A stretch of DNA of 64,000 nt from positions 7,762-71,761 of the forward strand of contig CAZHSY010000004.1 in assembly GCA_964535385.1 (NCBI GenBank), given 5' to 3'. The notes under the pieces are model-generated. The model was not told the origin of the DNA, ran no database searches, and saw nothing but the letters and a program-made list of their open reading frames with translations. Positions 53,529 to 62,984 of this stretch are shown here, piece after piece. The translations under genes and the position numbers were made by a program. Positions within the stretch are counted from its first letter, which is position 1. The number at the start of each line of letters is the position of its first letter. Source of the DNA: an uncultured Candidatus Saccharibacteria bacterium. Its GTDB lineage: Bacteria > Patescibacteriota > Saccharimonadia > CAILAD01 > GCA-016700035.

Positions 53529-54662
53529 ATGATGACTCAGGAGCCACGCATTGCGATTGTTCATGACTGGCTGACGAATCTAGGGGGTGCTGAGCGGGTG
53601 GTGAAGGTCATGCTGGAGGCTTTTCCTCAGGCCGATCTGTACACTAGTGTATATCGTAAGGCTGGTCTCTCGCTCTTTCGCGACTACTCAGTACATACGT
53701 CGTGGCTACAGCATTGGCCACTAGCTCAGCGTAAACACCAACTTTATCCGGTTTTGCGCCGATTGGCGTTTGAGAGTTTTGATTTTTCTGATTATAACCT
53801 AGTGATCAGTTCTAGCACGGCTGAGTCAAAAGGTGTCATTACTTCGGAACGGACCAAACATCTGAGTTATATTAATACACCAACTCGTTATTATTGGAGT
53901 GGTTATCAAGACTATATCAAGGATCCAGGCTTTGGTTGGCTGGATCCGATTGTGCGCTGGCAGTTACAGCGCTCAATCAAGTCTTCGCGTTATTGGGATT
54001 ACGCGGCCGCACAGCGTCCTGATCGTTTACTAGCAAATTCCACTACTGTTCAGGGGCGTATTCAGAAGTATTATCACCGTCATAGTGAAGTAGTTTGGCC
54101 GCCGGTCGACTTGGCGCGCATGCAGAAGCCGCATGATCGACCAGACGGCGCCCCAGAGCGCTACCTACTTGTCCTGTCACGGCTTATTCCGTATAAGCGT
54201 GTTGATCTAGCTGTCGCGGCTGCGAGACGAGCCGGTTGGTCACTTGTGGTAATCGGAACTGGTAGCCAGCAGGCAGCGTTAGAGAAAATGGCTGGCCCAC
54301 AAACCATCTTTACCGGCCAGCTTTCAGATGATGAGGTGGTGGCTTATCTGCAGCACGCCTCGGCACTGCTATTTCCTGGAGAGGAGGACTTCGGTATTGT
54401 TCCAGTAGAAGCTATGGCAGCTGGAGTGCCGGTGATTGCCTATGGGGCTGGTGGCGCTCTGGATACTGTTGCGCATCGTAAAACTGGTATTCTTGTAAAA
54501 GACCAGTCAGTTTCGTCTTTTAGTGCGGCAATACGTCTGCTTGATCATCAGAAATTTGATCCAAAGTACTTGGCGCAGCATGTCGAGCAGTTCTCACAAC
54601 AGAATTTTCAGACTCAACTCAAACGAGCCGCTCAGGATCTCCTGGAGTCGGCTCGGTCTTGA
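53529..54662 (+). CDS. GT4 family glycosyltransferase.
   Basis: EDFGIVPVEAMAAGVPVIA (GT4 E-X7-E region). Start ATG at 53529, 1 nt after the upstream stop; the ORF-track start at 53415 overlaps and is probably too long. Confidence 0.8.
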   Translation: MMTQEPRIAIVHDWLTNLGGAERVVKVMLEAFPQADLYTSVYRKAGLSLFRDYSVHTSWLQHWPLAQRKHQLYPVLRRLAFESFDFSDYNLVISSSTAESKGVITSERTKHLSYINTPTRYYWSGYQDYIKDPGFGWLDPIVRWQLQRSIKSSRYWDYAAAQRPDRLLANSTTVQGRIQKYYHRHSEVVWPPVDLARMQKPHDRPDGAPERYLLVLSRLIPYKRVDLAVAAARRAGWSLVVIGTGSQQAALEKMAGPQTIFTGQLSDDEVVAYLQHASALLFPGEEDFGIVPVEAMAAGVPVIAYGAGGALDTVAHRKTGILVKDQSVSSFSAAIRLLDHQKFDPKYLAQHVEQFSQQNFQTQLKRAAQDLLESARS

Positions 54663-54679
54663 TTGCTAAGTAGTTTAGT

Positions 54680-55024
54680 TTAGACGCTGATTTTCTTGAC
54701 GATTGCCGTGAAAGCTTGTGGTTCTCGAGCAGCTATCTCGGCTAGCATCTTGCGGTTGAGTTGGACATTATGTTTACTCAGGCCAGCTACAATCTGGCTA
54801 TAGCTTGTGTCGTTCTGACGGGCAGCAGCATTGATACGGCTAATCCAGAGGCGGCGGAAGTCACGCTTGCGGTTACGGCGGTCACGGTATGAATAACTGA
54901 GAGCCTTTAATATGGCTTCGTTACCTTTGCGATACGATGCGCGTCGAGTATGCCCCATTCCTTTAGTGAGCTTGAGGATTTTCTTGTGACGGTTACGGGC
55001 GGTTACAGATCGTTTTACACGCAT
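54680..55024 (-). CDS. rplT: Ribosomal protein bL20.
   Basis: MRVKRSVTARNRHKKILKLTKG... is the classic L20. Confidence 0.95.
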   Translation of the reverse strand: MRVKRSVTARNRHKKILKLTKGMGHTRRASYRKGNEAILKALSYSYRDRRNRKRDFRRLWISRINAAARQNDTSYSQIVAGLSKHNVQLNRKMLAEIAAREPQAFTAIVKKISV

Positions 55025-55025
55025 T

Positions 55026-55223
55026 TTAACGGGCTCCTAACATTCGTTTGACGTTTTTGACGTCGCTCGAGCTGACAGCGTGCTCTTTCGTGTAGGCACG
55101 CTTGCGGGCAGCTGATTTAATTGTCAGCTTGTGCGCCCGGGTAGCCCGACGACGAAGTAGCGCACCCGAGGAGGTGAGCTTAAAGCGCTTTGCAGCAGTC
55201 TTACTTGTCTTCACTTTTGGCAT
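55026..55223 (-). CDS. rpmI: Ribosomal protein bL35.
   Basis: MPKVKTSKTAAKRFKLTSSG... Start chosen at 55223. Confidence 0.9.
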   Translation of the reverse strand: MPKVKTSKTAAKRFKLTSSGALLRRRATRAHKLTIKSAARKRAYTKEHAVSSSDVKNVKRMLGAR

Positions 55224-55719
55224 CTTTTTTCCCAACTAATACAACTGATAATTCACGTCCGTTCTGGACGGGTTTTTGTTCAGGATCGGCAACTTCTGCC
55301 AGGCCTTCACAAAATGACTCAAGTACCTTACGCCCAATCTCAGGGTGGGTGATTTCACGTCCGCGGAAGCGGACATTGACTTTGACCTTGTGACCCTGAG
55401 TAATGAACCTGAGGGCTGCCCTACGTTTCACATTAATATCATGAACGTCAGTCTTGAGACCGAGGCGGATTTGTTTTACATCGACTTGCTTCTGGTTTTT
55501 TCGACTTTTTTGCAGGTGTTTATCCTGCTCGTAGCGGTACTTACCCCAGTCAATGATACGAACAACAGGAGGCTTTGCTTGTGGAGCCACCTCAACTAGG
55601 TCAAGTTCAGCTTCGGAAGCCAAACGGCGAGCCTCTGCAAGGGAGACGACACCGACTTGTTGAGATGAAGCATCAATCAGACGAACAGACCCAGCTGTTA
55701 TTTGATGATTGATGCGCAC
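55201..55719 (-). CDS. infC: Translation initiation factor IF-3.
   Basis: INHQITAGSVRLIDASSQQVGVVSLAEARRLASEAELDLVEV... The GTG start taken from the ORF track is uncertain; infC often uses an atypical start codon. Confidence 0.9.
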   Translation of the reverse strand: MRINHQITAGSVRLIDASSQQVGVVSLAEARRLASEAELDLVEVAPQAKPPVVRIIDWGKYRYEQDKHLQKSRKNQKQVDVKQIRLGLKTDVHDINVKRRAALRFITQGHKVKVNVRFRGREITHPEIGRKVLESFCEGLAEVADPEQKPVQNGRELSVVLVGKKDAKSEDK

Positions 55720-55771
55720 ACGTTGCTTAATGCTAGCTAACTCCTAATAGTTGTGGATGTATCGTAACAGG

Positions 55772-55802
55772 AAAAGTAAAAAAGATCAACCTCTCCCAGG
55801 TT
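55772..55802 (-). terminator. Rho-independent terminator downstream of the 55807..56616 gene.
   Basis: Hairpin aacct-ctccc-aggtt, with a T-run on the minus strand (aaaagtaaaaaagatc on the plus strand). Confidence 0.6.
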
Positions 55803-55806
55803 AGAT

Positions 55807-56616
55807 TTAGCGCGTGGACTTTTTTGCCTGAATAACGGTTACAGTATCTGGTAGGGGCGCGATCCGGAGCGGCAAACTGAGGGCCTGATTTTGGTAGGTG
55901 AGTCCGTGAGCACTAGTAATCCGGCCGTCTCTGATGGGGAGTCGTAGGACGGGCTCATGTTGGTGGAGGGATATCTTGGCTGACAGGTGAGCGATTGGTC
56001 TGTCGGTTTGTAGTTTGTCTGTACCTTGTACGTTGGGCCGTTCGGCAGTTAGGTAGAGTAGCGGAGTCTCGGGGTGTTCGGCATGTGTGTAGGCCTGAAA
56101 AGTCATACTGGAGACCTCCAGGTCGCAGGTGAGTTGGCTGTCATTCACGAGATCAAGATCAAGGCGTAGCTTAGATTGGGCATTGGCTTGCGTTGAAAAG
56201 GTAACAGCATCGAGGAAGTAGTTATCACCAAAGCGATAGAGGTGGTGTTTGTTGAGGCGCCGGGCAGCCAATATGCCCATATGCTGGCGAAGGAAATGGC
56301 CGGTGAACTGACCCTGTAAGATGGGTACGTGGCGAGGGAGTTCGAAGCGAGCGTAGGCGGGGAGCTTGGTGTTCTTTGGAAGTTGATGGATGCTTTGTGT
56401 TATGACGCGGTCGAGCCAGGCTTGATCACCAAAGGCGACAAATACAGTGCTGTGGGCGGCGTAGGCTTTTTGGATGGCCTCTCGAGCGCTTGGGGTTTGA
56501 AAAACTTGAGCCTCGAGTCGGAAAGCCTGGGCGGTTTTCGCTAGATTACTAGCAAACTTTTCTGCACCCGCACTGTCTTTCTCGGCGAGTTCAGGCGTGA
56601 TGAGCAGGGCGTACAT
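55807..56616 (-). CDS. Hypothetical protein (269 aa), possibly a degenerate DAG-kinase/NAD-kinase-like fold.
   Basis: VFVAFGDQAWLDRVI resembles a degenerate GGDGT region. Last gene of an operon with the bactofilin and DUF4446 genes. Confidence 0.4.
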   Translation of the reverse strand: MYALLITPELAEKDSAGAEKFASNLAKTAQAFRLEAQVFQTPSAREAIQKAYAAHSTVFVAFGDQAWLDRVITQSIHQLPKNTKLPAYARFELPRHVPILQGQFTGHFLRQHMGILAARRLNKHHLYRFGDNYFLDAVTFSTQANAQSKLRLDLDLVNDSQLTCDLEVSSMTFQAYTHAEHPETPLLYLTAERPNVQGTDKLQTDRPIAHLSAKISLHQHEPVLRLPIRDGRITSAHGLTYQNQALSLPLRIAPLPDTVTVIQAKKSTR

Positions 56617-56975
56617 TATCCGGCGTCCTCAAGTGGCTTGAGTCGAGCCGTGAGCTTGGCTCCCGGCTGAATATTGAGACTAGTGTAGGTAAGGTAGCCA
56701 TCGACAATCGCAGTGTTTTTTACAACGAGACTTTCTCGAGCTAGGCACTGACCCTTGTAAGTGCCAAAAATCGTTAGGGTGGCGACTGTAATATCGCCAT
56801 CGAGGTTGCCGTTTTCGGTAATTTCACAAAAACCAGGCGTGGTAATTATGCCTTTGAAACTTCCATCAATAACAATGTCATCAGTAACATTGAGTGTGCC
56901 TTGGCTGATGACACCGCTACCGATGTAGATACCAGCCGACTGACGGTAGTCAAACGGCTGTTTATTTTTTGGCAT
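56616..56975 (-). CDS. Bactofilin (DUF583) cytoskeletal beta-helix protein.
   Basis: Repetitive beta-helix windings SGVISQGTLNVTDDIVIDGSFKGIITTPGFCEITENGNLDGDITVATLTIFGTYKG... Start ATG at 56975 (MPKNKQPF...) by homology. The ORF-track start at 57230 would overlap the upstream gene. Confidence 0.7.
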   Translation of the reverse strand: MPKNKQPFDYRQSAGIYIGSGVISQGTLNVTDDIVIDGSFKGIITTPGFCEITENGNLDGDITVATLTIFGTYKGQCLARESLVVKNTAIVDGYLTYTSLNIQPGAKLTARLKPLEDAG

Positions 56976-57456
56976 GAGTATCTGTGTGATTGTGGTAGGG
57001 ATTTTGTTTAAGAGCTTTCGTGACGGCTGTTGATTCTTCGTCGGATAGATTATGTGGGCTACGTCCACTGACAACTTGCTTGGCATAGATACGCGTACCA
57101 GTTCGGGCGTGAATGCTTGAAAGCACCCAGCCATCTCCATGAGTGTCGAGCACCGCCAAACAGAAGCTTTGATCGCCACCGGTATCCGAGAAGGGGTTAA
57201 AGCGGATAAAGCCGATTCGACTCTGGCCATGCTCAGCTAGGATGTGCAATTTCTCTAGATTTTCTTGCAAGCCGGCAATTTGCTGCTCGTGTTGCAAGAC
57301 ACGCTCGCTAAAAGTGTTCAGGGCTTGCATGACTGGTTGCGGGTCACCTTCTCGGAAGAAGGTTCCATAGGCTTGGTCGAACGTACGGATACGCAATCCA
57401 AGCCAAATAACAATGCCAATGAGTACGAGAATCACCAACCCCAGTATAATTTCCAT
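56962..57456 (-). CDS. DUF4446-like single-pass membrane protein.
   Basis: Start at 57456 with a perfect AGGAGG 6 nt upstream. MEIILGLVILVLIGIVIWLGLRI TM helix, then a coiled-coil-like region. Confidence 0.5.
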   Translation of the reverse strand: MEIILGLVILVLIGIVIWLGLRIRTFDQAYGTFFREGDPQPVMQALNTFSERVLQHEQQIAGLQENLEKLHILAEHGQSRIGFIRFNPFSDTGGDQSFCLAVLDTHGDGWVLSSIHARTGTRIYAKQVVSGRSPHNLSDEESTAVTKALKQNPYHNHTDTHAKK

Positions 57457-57555
57457 CCTTACCTCCTGTAACTGATTATTATACGGTCGGCCTTTTATGC
57501 TTGGCAATGGGGTAGAACTTCCATAGAATAAAAGAACAAAAGATAATTCTTAATT

Positions 57556-57885
57556 ATGGCAAATCGTAAACAACACTTAAAACGCCAAGCGGCGCGGCGC
57601 CCCGAGCAGTCAATTACTCCTCAGTCAACAATGTTGACTGAGCCTAAAGCAGTTAAAAAAACAGTCGTCTCTAAAAAAGCAAAGCCAGATAAGCGGGCTA
57701 CTCCAGTTGCCTACACTCAGCTGAGTCCAGAGGAGACTCGTATTGTTTGGCTGGAGTTGCGTCATATACTTATGACGGCTTGTATTATCTTGGCCTTCTT
57801 CTTTGTTATATGGTTGGTTTTTCACTATACAAATATCGACGATAAGATTTATTCGTTCTTACACCTTATACCAAAGTCATCTTAG
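57556..57885 (+). CDS. Hypothetical small protein with a basic N-terminus and a C-terminal TM helix.
   Basis: 109 aa ORF; C-terminal ILMTACIILAFFFVIWLVF TM segment. Confidence 0.35.
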   Translation: MANRKQHLKRQAARRPEQSITPQSTMLTEPKAVKKTVVSKKAKPDKRATPVAYTQLSPEETRIVWLELRHILMTACIILAFFFVIWLVFHYTNIDDKIYSFLHLIPKSS

Positions 57886-59338
57886 GCTTGATGTCTATAA
57901 CTTGAAGACTTTGCTGGTAGTAGAGGGCTTCCTGAATATGAAGATCAGTCACGGCTGTAGCTTGGTCGAGACGGGCAATTGTTTGGGCAATTTTTCTAAT
58001 CTGATTCTGCTTACGAAATGATGGGTTGCGGTGTGCAATGTAGGTTTCTAGGGCATTTTGAGCTACTGGTGTTAGCGAGGGGTTGGTAGTAGCGGCAAAG
58101 GTGTCGGCAATAGTTTTTCTGACTAATGATGAACTTTTTACATCGTTAGCTGTAGATTCTGATTGAGGCGTAACCCAGCAAATCATATCGAAACGATCGA
58201 GTAGTGGGCCAGAGAGCTTCTTTTGGTAGCGCGTAATGTCGGTTGCTCGACATTGGCAGACATGCTGTGCGCTTTGGAAGTAGCCGCAGGGGCAGGGATT
58301 CATGGTTGCGAGTAAACTGAAACGAGCCGGGAACGTGACTGATTGGCTAGCTCGAGCGATAGTAACAACTCCGGTCTCAAGCGGTTGGCGTAAGGCCTCA
58401 AGGCTGGCACGTGGGAACTCGGCTATCTCATCCAGGAAGAGTACTCCTTGATGAGATAGGGTCACCTCGCCGGGTCGGGGTTGGCTGCCGCCGCCAATCA
58501 GTGCAACGGCCGAAGTGGTGTGATGTGGCGCTCGGAACGGCCGGCCGGAGAGCGTGGTAGGCAATTCAGTTTGGGCTAACGAGTAGAGGTAATGTATGCT
58601 ACGTTTCTCAGCTAACTCGGCCGGGGGCAGGAGACTTGGCGCAGTGTAGGCTAGCAGGCTCTTGCCAACACCCGGGGGACCAACCAGGAGTAGGTTGTGT
58701 CGTCCTGCGAGTGCAATTGTGAGAGCTCGTTTAGCTACATGGAGGCCTTTGACGTCTCGCAAGTCTAGACCATCTGCGACCGTAATTGCGCTAGCCTGTT
58801 TGGCGGGGACTCGCCACGGCTGAATTGGTTGTTCTCCTATAAGGTGGAGGTAAAGAGCCCTCAGATTGGCTGGTCGTAGGATAGTCAAATCCGAACAAAG
58901 CGACGCTTCGATAGCTGACTCTGGATCGATTACGATTGTTGAGCAGCCAATTTCTTGAGCGGCGAGAACTGAGGCTTGGGAAAAGCGGCTTGGTTTGAGA
59001 TCGCCGTTTAAGGCTAGCTCAGCCACGAAACAGATAGTAGACGGCAGGGTGGGGACTTGCTGAGTGGCCTGCAGTAGTCCGACAGCAATAGCTAAATCAT
59101 AGCCAGTGCCGGTCTTACTGATGTCGGCTGGGGCGAGGTTGATGGTGATGCGTTTAGGTGGAAAGTTTAAGTCACTATTGCGGATTGCACTGCGGATTCG
59201 GTCACGGGCTTCGTCAACGCTTTTGCTGGGTAACCCAACTACCGACATGCCAGGCAGGCCGTTGTAAGCATCGGTCTCAACTGTAACTAATTGTGGTGTG
59301 GCTCCGATATGGGCGAGGGAAGAGGCTTGTGCTAGCAT
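57866..59338 (-). CDS. Mg-chelatase-like AAA+ ATPase YifB/ComM.
   Basis: N-terminal Lon-like domain (LVTVETDAYNGLPGMSVVGL), AAA+ Walker A LLVGPPGVGKS, and a C-terminal Mg-chelatase domain. 490 aa. Confidence 0.85.
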   Translation of the reverse strand: MLAQASSLAHIGATPQLVTVETDAYNGLPGMSVVGLPSKSVDEARDRIRSAIRNSDLNFPPKRITINLAPADISKTGTGYDLAIAVGLLQATQQVPTLPSTICFVAELALNGDLKPSRFSQASVLAAQEIGCSTIVIDPESAIEASLCSDLTILRPANLRALYLHLIGEQPIQPWRVPAKQASAITVADGLDLRDVKGLHVAKRALTIALAGRHNLLLVGPPGVGKSLLAYTAPSLLPPAELAEKRSIHYLYSLAQTELPTTLSGRPFRAPHHTTSAVALIGGGSQPRPGEVTLSHQGVLFLDEIAEFPRASLEALRQPLETGVVTIARASQSVTFPARFSLLATMNPCPCGYFQSAQHVCQCRATDITRYQKKLSGPLLDRFDMICWVTPQSESTANDVKSSSLVRKTIADTFAATTNPSLTPVAQNALETYIAHRNPSFRKQNQIRKIAQTIARLDQATAVTDLHIQEALYYQQSLQVIDIKPKMTLV

Positions 59339-59410
59339 TGCCTGGTAATTCGTCTATAGATGAGCTTTATGATGGCCATACCCTCATCTTGCTGGGGGTG
59401 AGATCTATAC

Positions 59411-60496
59411 TCAAGCGTGAGTGTGATCTAGATCTCGGATGTCTGGGTTGTCGCGATACCATCGAGTTGAAGCTTCAGGTGGTATGACGTTAATGATTAC
59501 GTCAGTCGCAAGCTCGAAGCCACCTTGAGGCGAGACAACATTGCGGCCACGAACTTTGAATACCAAGCGTTGGTGTTTAGAGATGCCTTGTTCGACATCG
59601 AGATTGTAGTTGATGGCTTGCTTGGTGAGTCGGGAGGTGAGTCGTTTTAGATGTGGGGCGAGGTCGGTTATCTCTGCATCGGTTGCATCTTCAAGTTTGC
59701 TGAAGGCTCGTTTGGGTAAGATCCAGGCCTCCATCTGCCAGCGTGGTGCATAAGGCGAGAAGCAAATCCAAGACTCGTCTTCGGCAATAATTCTGACTTT
59801 GGATTTCTGCTCAAATTCAATAATGGCATCATAGGGGTCTCGTGACTTTGTTGTAAAAAAGTCTTCAATTGTGCGTGACTCTTCAGATATGCGAGGTGGC
59901 ACGAACGGCAGAGCAATAATTTGTGAGTGGGCGTGTGCCAACGAGGCACCGGCTTCGTAACCGTCATTGCGGAAGATGCTGACATATGTAATATTAGGTG
60001 CTTGTCTGAGACTAGTCGACCGTTGTTGGTAGGTGAGGAGAATGTTTTTAATTTGCTCAGTCGGGAGCGCGCCGAAGGCAGTATTGGTGAAGGGGGTATC
60101 AATGACGATTTCTTGAATACCGTAAGCTTGATGATTGGTTATCGAAAGCGCCGGATACTTATTAGCCACTACCTTCACCAACCACTGGCCGTCTGGGCCC
60201 GGCATTTCGTAGGTACTGGGCTGAAGGTCTAGTCGTGGTGAGTCGGCTGTCTCAACTAACGGATGATCATGCTGTGAGGTGTCGTAAGGCCGGCCGCGTC
60301 TCTTGGGGGCGATGAAGACATAGTAGTCATGAATGTAGTCACGTCGAATCTCAGTCTCAACTAGATCACTTTGGAGGTTGAGGCTGTGGTTATTGGGGGG
60401 CAAAGTTGGCATAGGGTTTACCGAGGGCACCTCAGGGAACTGAGCACGAGCTTGATGATGGTGTACTGCGTTGGTCGATAATCTGACTTCGTCCAT
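59411..60496 (-). CDS. galT: Galactose-1-phosphate uridylyltransferase (GalT, HIT superfamily).
   Basis: HDYYVFIAPKRRGRPYD and active-site SLAHAHSQIIALPFVPP (HxHxQ). The internal ORF 59668..60102 is spurious. Confidence 0.75.
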   Translation of the reverse strand: MDEVRLSTNAVHHHQARAQFPEVPSVNPMPTLPPNNHSLNLQSDLVETEIRRDYIHDYYVFIAPKRRGRPYDTSQHDHPLVETADSPRLDLQPSTYEMPGPDGQWLVKVVANKYPALSITNHQAYGIQEIVIDTPFTNTAFGALPTEQIKNILLTYQQRSTSLRQAPNITYVSIFRNDGYEAGASLAHAHSQIIALPFVPPRISEESRTIEDFFTTKSRDPYDAIIEFEQKSKVRIIAEDESWICFSPYAPRWQMEAWILPKRAFSKLEDATDAEITDLAPHLKRLTSRLTKQAINYNLDVEQGISKHQRLVFKVRGRNVVSPQGGFELATDVIINVIPPEASTRWYRDNPDIRDLDHTHA

Positions 60497-60566
60497 ACTT
60501 GTATTGTACGGGAGGGTGGCCTAAAACGTAAGCGCTTTTAGATGTGGGAGTTATAAGCTCGAGTTT

Positions 60567-61703
60567 TTATGCGGTGTGGTTATGGTCAAGTCGGTCACGT
60601 AAGAGCCTCAGGATATCCAGAGCGGCCTGTGGATGGCTCTCACGGGATAGGGCTACCTGGTAGCCCTCAGGATGAGTGGTGATTTGCTTAATCGCATCTA
60701 CGATATCCTCCGGCTCACTGGCGACTTCACCCAGACCAAAGCGAGCGACAAGCTCAGCATTGCCTTCTTCTTGGCCTGGAATAACCTTATTAATAACCAT
60801 TGGCTTACGGGCTGCTACACATTCCATGACGGTTGAACCACCGGCCTTAGTGATGACAATCTGACTACCCTTAATCAGCTCAGGCATCTGATCTGTCCAG
60901 CCAATCAGCTGGACATTATCTGGGAGGGGCCGGCTTGCGTTTTGCAGGAGCGAGTAGAGTCGCTTATCGCGCCCGGCTACGACGACGATATTGTGATCCG
61001 TAAGCTGTCGAGCAAGTGCAACTATAACCTTCCTTACGTAGGTACTTCGTAAGGACGAAGCACTGAAGAGAATATAGGGTACATTGAGGTCCAGGCCAAT
61101 ATCGCGCAGGGCTTTTTTATTAAGGGGCTTTGAGAAGGCATCGTGAGTTGGGTAGCCAAGGGTAAAGATTTTTTTATTGGCCACACCAAGCTTATGGACA
61201 CTGGCCGCAGTTGGTTCGTTGGCTACAAAGTATAAGTCACTGTCTGGCTCTGCCCAGGAAGAATGAATACTTATCGAGTCTGTTACGAGAGTTGCAAACT
61301 CAACTTGCTCAAAGTTTTCTTTTGCTAGCTGGTAAGCAATGCGTTGCCAGATAGGGTAGTTAGACAGGATGACTGACGGATTATGGGCCGCAATGATTTG
61401 CGAGAGAGCCTTGCGGCGTATTGGGTAATTTAAGTCATTGATTATTTTGAGCGGTAGAGAACTTTTATCGGTTGAAGTGTAGATCCATTTATGGAAGATG
61501 GGGGCGTGCTTAGCATTGAGTTCGTAGATCTTCTTTGAGGCGGTGTTAAAGATCTGGCTGACTGCCTCTGAGAAATCGACAACCTCGATTGTGAAGTTTA
61601 AATCGGAGTGATTTTGAGCGGCTGATTGTAGAGCCCGAGCTGTTGCCATATGACCTTGGCCAAAGTTAGATGACAGTATAAGGATAGTATCGGTTTGCTT
61701 CAT
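60567..61703 (-). CDS. Diacylglycerol glycosyltransferase (MGDG-synthase/UgtP-like, GT28).
   Basis: N-terminus ILILSSNFGQGHMATARAL is the MGDG_synth signature. The C-terminus TKAGGSTVMECVAARKPMVI is a GT28 MurG-like domain. Confidence 0.7.
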   Translation of the reverse strand: MKQTDTILILSSNFGQGHMATARALQSAAQNHSDLNFTIEVVDFSEAVSQIFNTASKKIYELNAKHAPIFHKWIYTSTDKSSLPLKIINDLNYPIRRKALSQIIAAHNPSVILSNYPIWQRIAYQLAKENFEQVEFATLVTDSISIHSSWAEPDSDLYFVANEPTAASVHKLGVANKKIFTLGYPTHDAFSKPLNKKALRDIGLDLNVPYILFSASSLRSTYVRKVIVALARQLTDHNIVVVAGRDKRLYSLLQNASRPLPDNVQLIGWTDQMPELIKGSQIVITKAGGSTVMECVAARKPMVINKVIPGQEEGNAELVARFGLGEVASEPEDIVDAIKQITTHPEGYQVALSRESHPQAALDILRLLRDRLDHNHTA

Positions 61704-62938
61704 GATGACTGGAGTGCCTTTTTATAGACTCGTTCCAGCTTAGTAGCTTGAGCTGAACTTGTATAGTGTCGAGCCCGTTTCTGGGCGGCTTGTCCGAGAC
61801 TTTCTCGGAGTGATTTATGTTGTATTAATTGCAGCACAGCTTGCGCATAATCTCGAGCTGTAGGCGGTACAAGGAGCCCTGTCTTATTGGCCTGGGCAAT
61901 CTTGGAAATGTCTGGGTCGGAGAAGATTAGGGGTAGGCCACAGTAGGCAGCTTCGTTTATGACTAGGGCTTGGGTGTCTGTTTCGGAGGGGAAGATGAAA
62001 GCGTCAGCTTGACCATAGCTCTGCAGGGCTACTTCGCGAGGCACTCCACCCTGAAAACTGATTAGCTGCAAAACCTTGTGTTCGCGCGCCGCGCGCCGCA
62101 AGCTGGTGAGATAGGTACCTGGACCGACGATCGTGAGATGTATGGGTTGCGGACTAATCTTCTTGAGTCGAGCCATCATCGGTATGAGAAGTCCAATATT
62201 TTTCTCGCGTGTAACCCGACCAACATAAAGGAGTCGGAAGGGTTTATGCTTGCTGCCTGGAGGTGTGGCCGTAAGCCCGCAAAATTCCTTAGGATTAATA
62301 CCAGTTGGAATAATCGTGATGGGGTGCTGGACGCCATAGCTTTCTAGATAGTCTCGCATCTTCTCTGAGGGCGCGATAATCTCATCAAAGCTGTCATAGG
62401 TGTAGCGGATGAGATTACGAATCATAGACTCATTCCATTGCTTGAGATTGCGCTTTGGCTTCATGCCAGAGAGTGTATCGGGCCAATCATCTGGCTTATT
62501 AATGACCAGTGGGCCAATCAGATTGCCGAGCACCATACCGATCCACATGCCACGATAGACTTTAGCATACTGCTCGATATCGGTGTGATATTGGGCTACC
62601 GAGGGTACTTTCATGTCGTGCATTAGGCGCATACCAGCTAGGCCAGTCATACCAAGGGTATGGAAGTGAAGTAGGTCTGGTTTAAGCTCACGAATTAGCT
62701 TGGCGTAGTTTGGGGTCAGGATGCTGTCGCGCCACTCTCCGCCGTGATACCAGACGCTGGGTATGGAGGGCAACCGAATGATATCCGGGTGTTCACCGGG
62801 TAGCGGCTGAGCTGGGGCGGGAGCCACAATCCAGACGCGGTGTCCCTTGGCTCGCAGGGAGTCGGCAAAGAGATCAATCGAAGCAGTAACCCCCTCGATA
62901 CTCGGCCGGTATGTATCGGTAAAGAAAACAATTTTCAT
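61700..62938 (-). CDS. GT4 family glycosyltransferase.
   Basis: MKIVFFTDTYRPSIEGVTASIDLF (Glyco_trans_4-like N-domain) plus a GT1/GT4 C-domain. ATGA overlap with the downstream gene. Confidence 0.75.
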   Translation of the reverse strand: MKIVFFTDTYRPSIEGVTASIDLFADSLRAKGHRVWIVAPAPAQPLPGEHPDIIRLPSIPSVWYHGGEWRDSILTPNYAKLIRELKPDLLHFHTLGMTGLAGMRLMHDMKVPSVAQYHTDIEQYAKVYRGMWIGMVLGNLIGPLVINKPDDWPDTLSGMKPKRNLKQWNESMIRNLIRYTYDSFDEIIAPSEKMRDYLESYGVQHPITIIPTGINPKEFCGLTATPPGSKHKPFRLLYVGRVTREKNIGLLIPMMARLKKISPQPIHLTIVGPGTYLTSLRRAAREHKVLQLISFQGGVPREVALQSYGQADAFIFPSETDTQALVINEAAYCGLPLIFSDPDISKIAQANKTGLLVPPTARDYAQAVLQLIQHKSLRESLGQAAQKRARHYTSSAQATKLERVYKKALQSS

Positions 62939-62984
62939 GACAATATCTGATTGATATCAGTATATAGGACTTTCGCGAAATGCA

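Noticed and set aside
59668-60102. 144 aa minus-strand ORF inside galT.
   Set aside because: It is an alternative frame of the same strand as the conserved GalT ORF, with no independent support.
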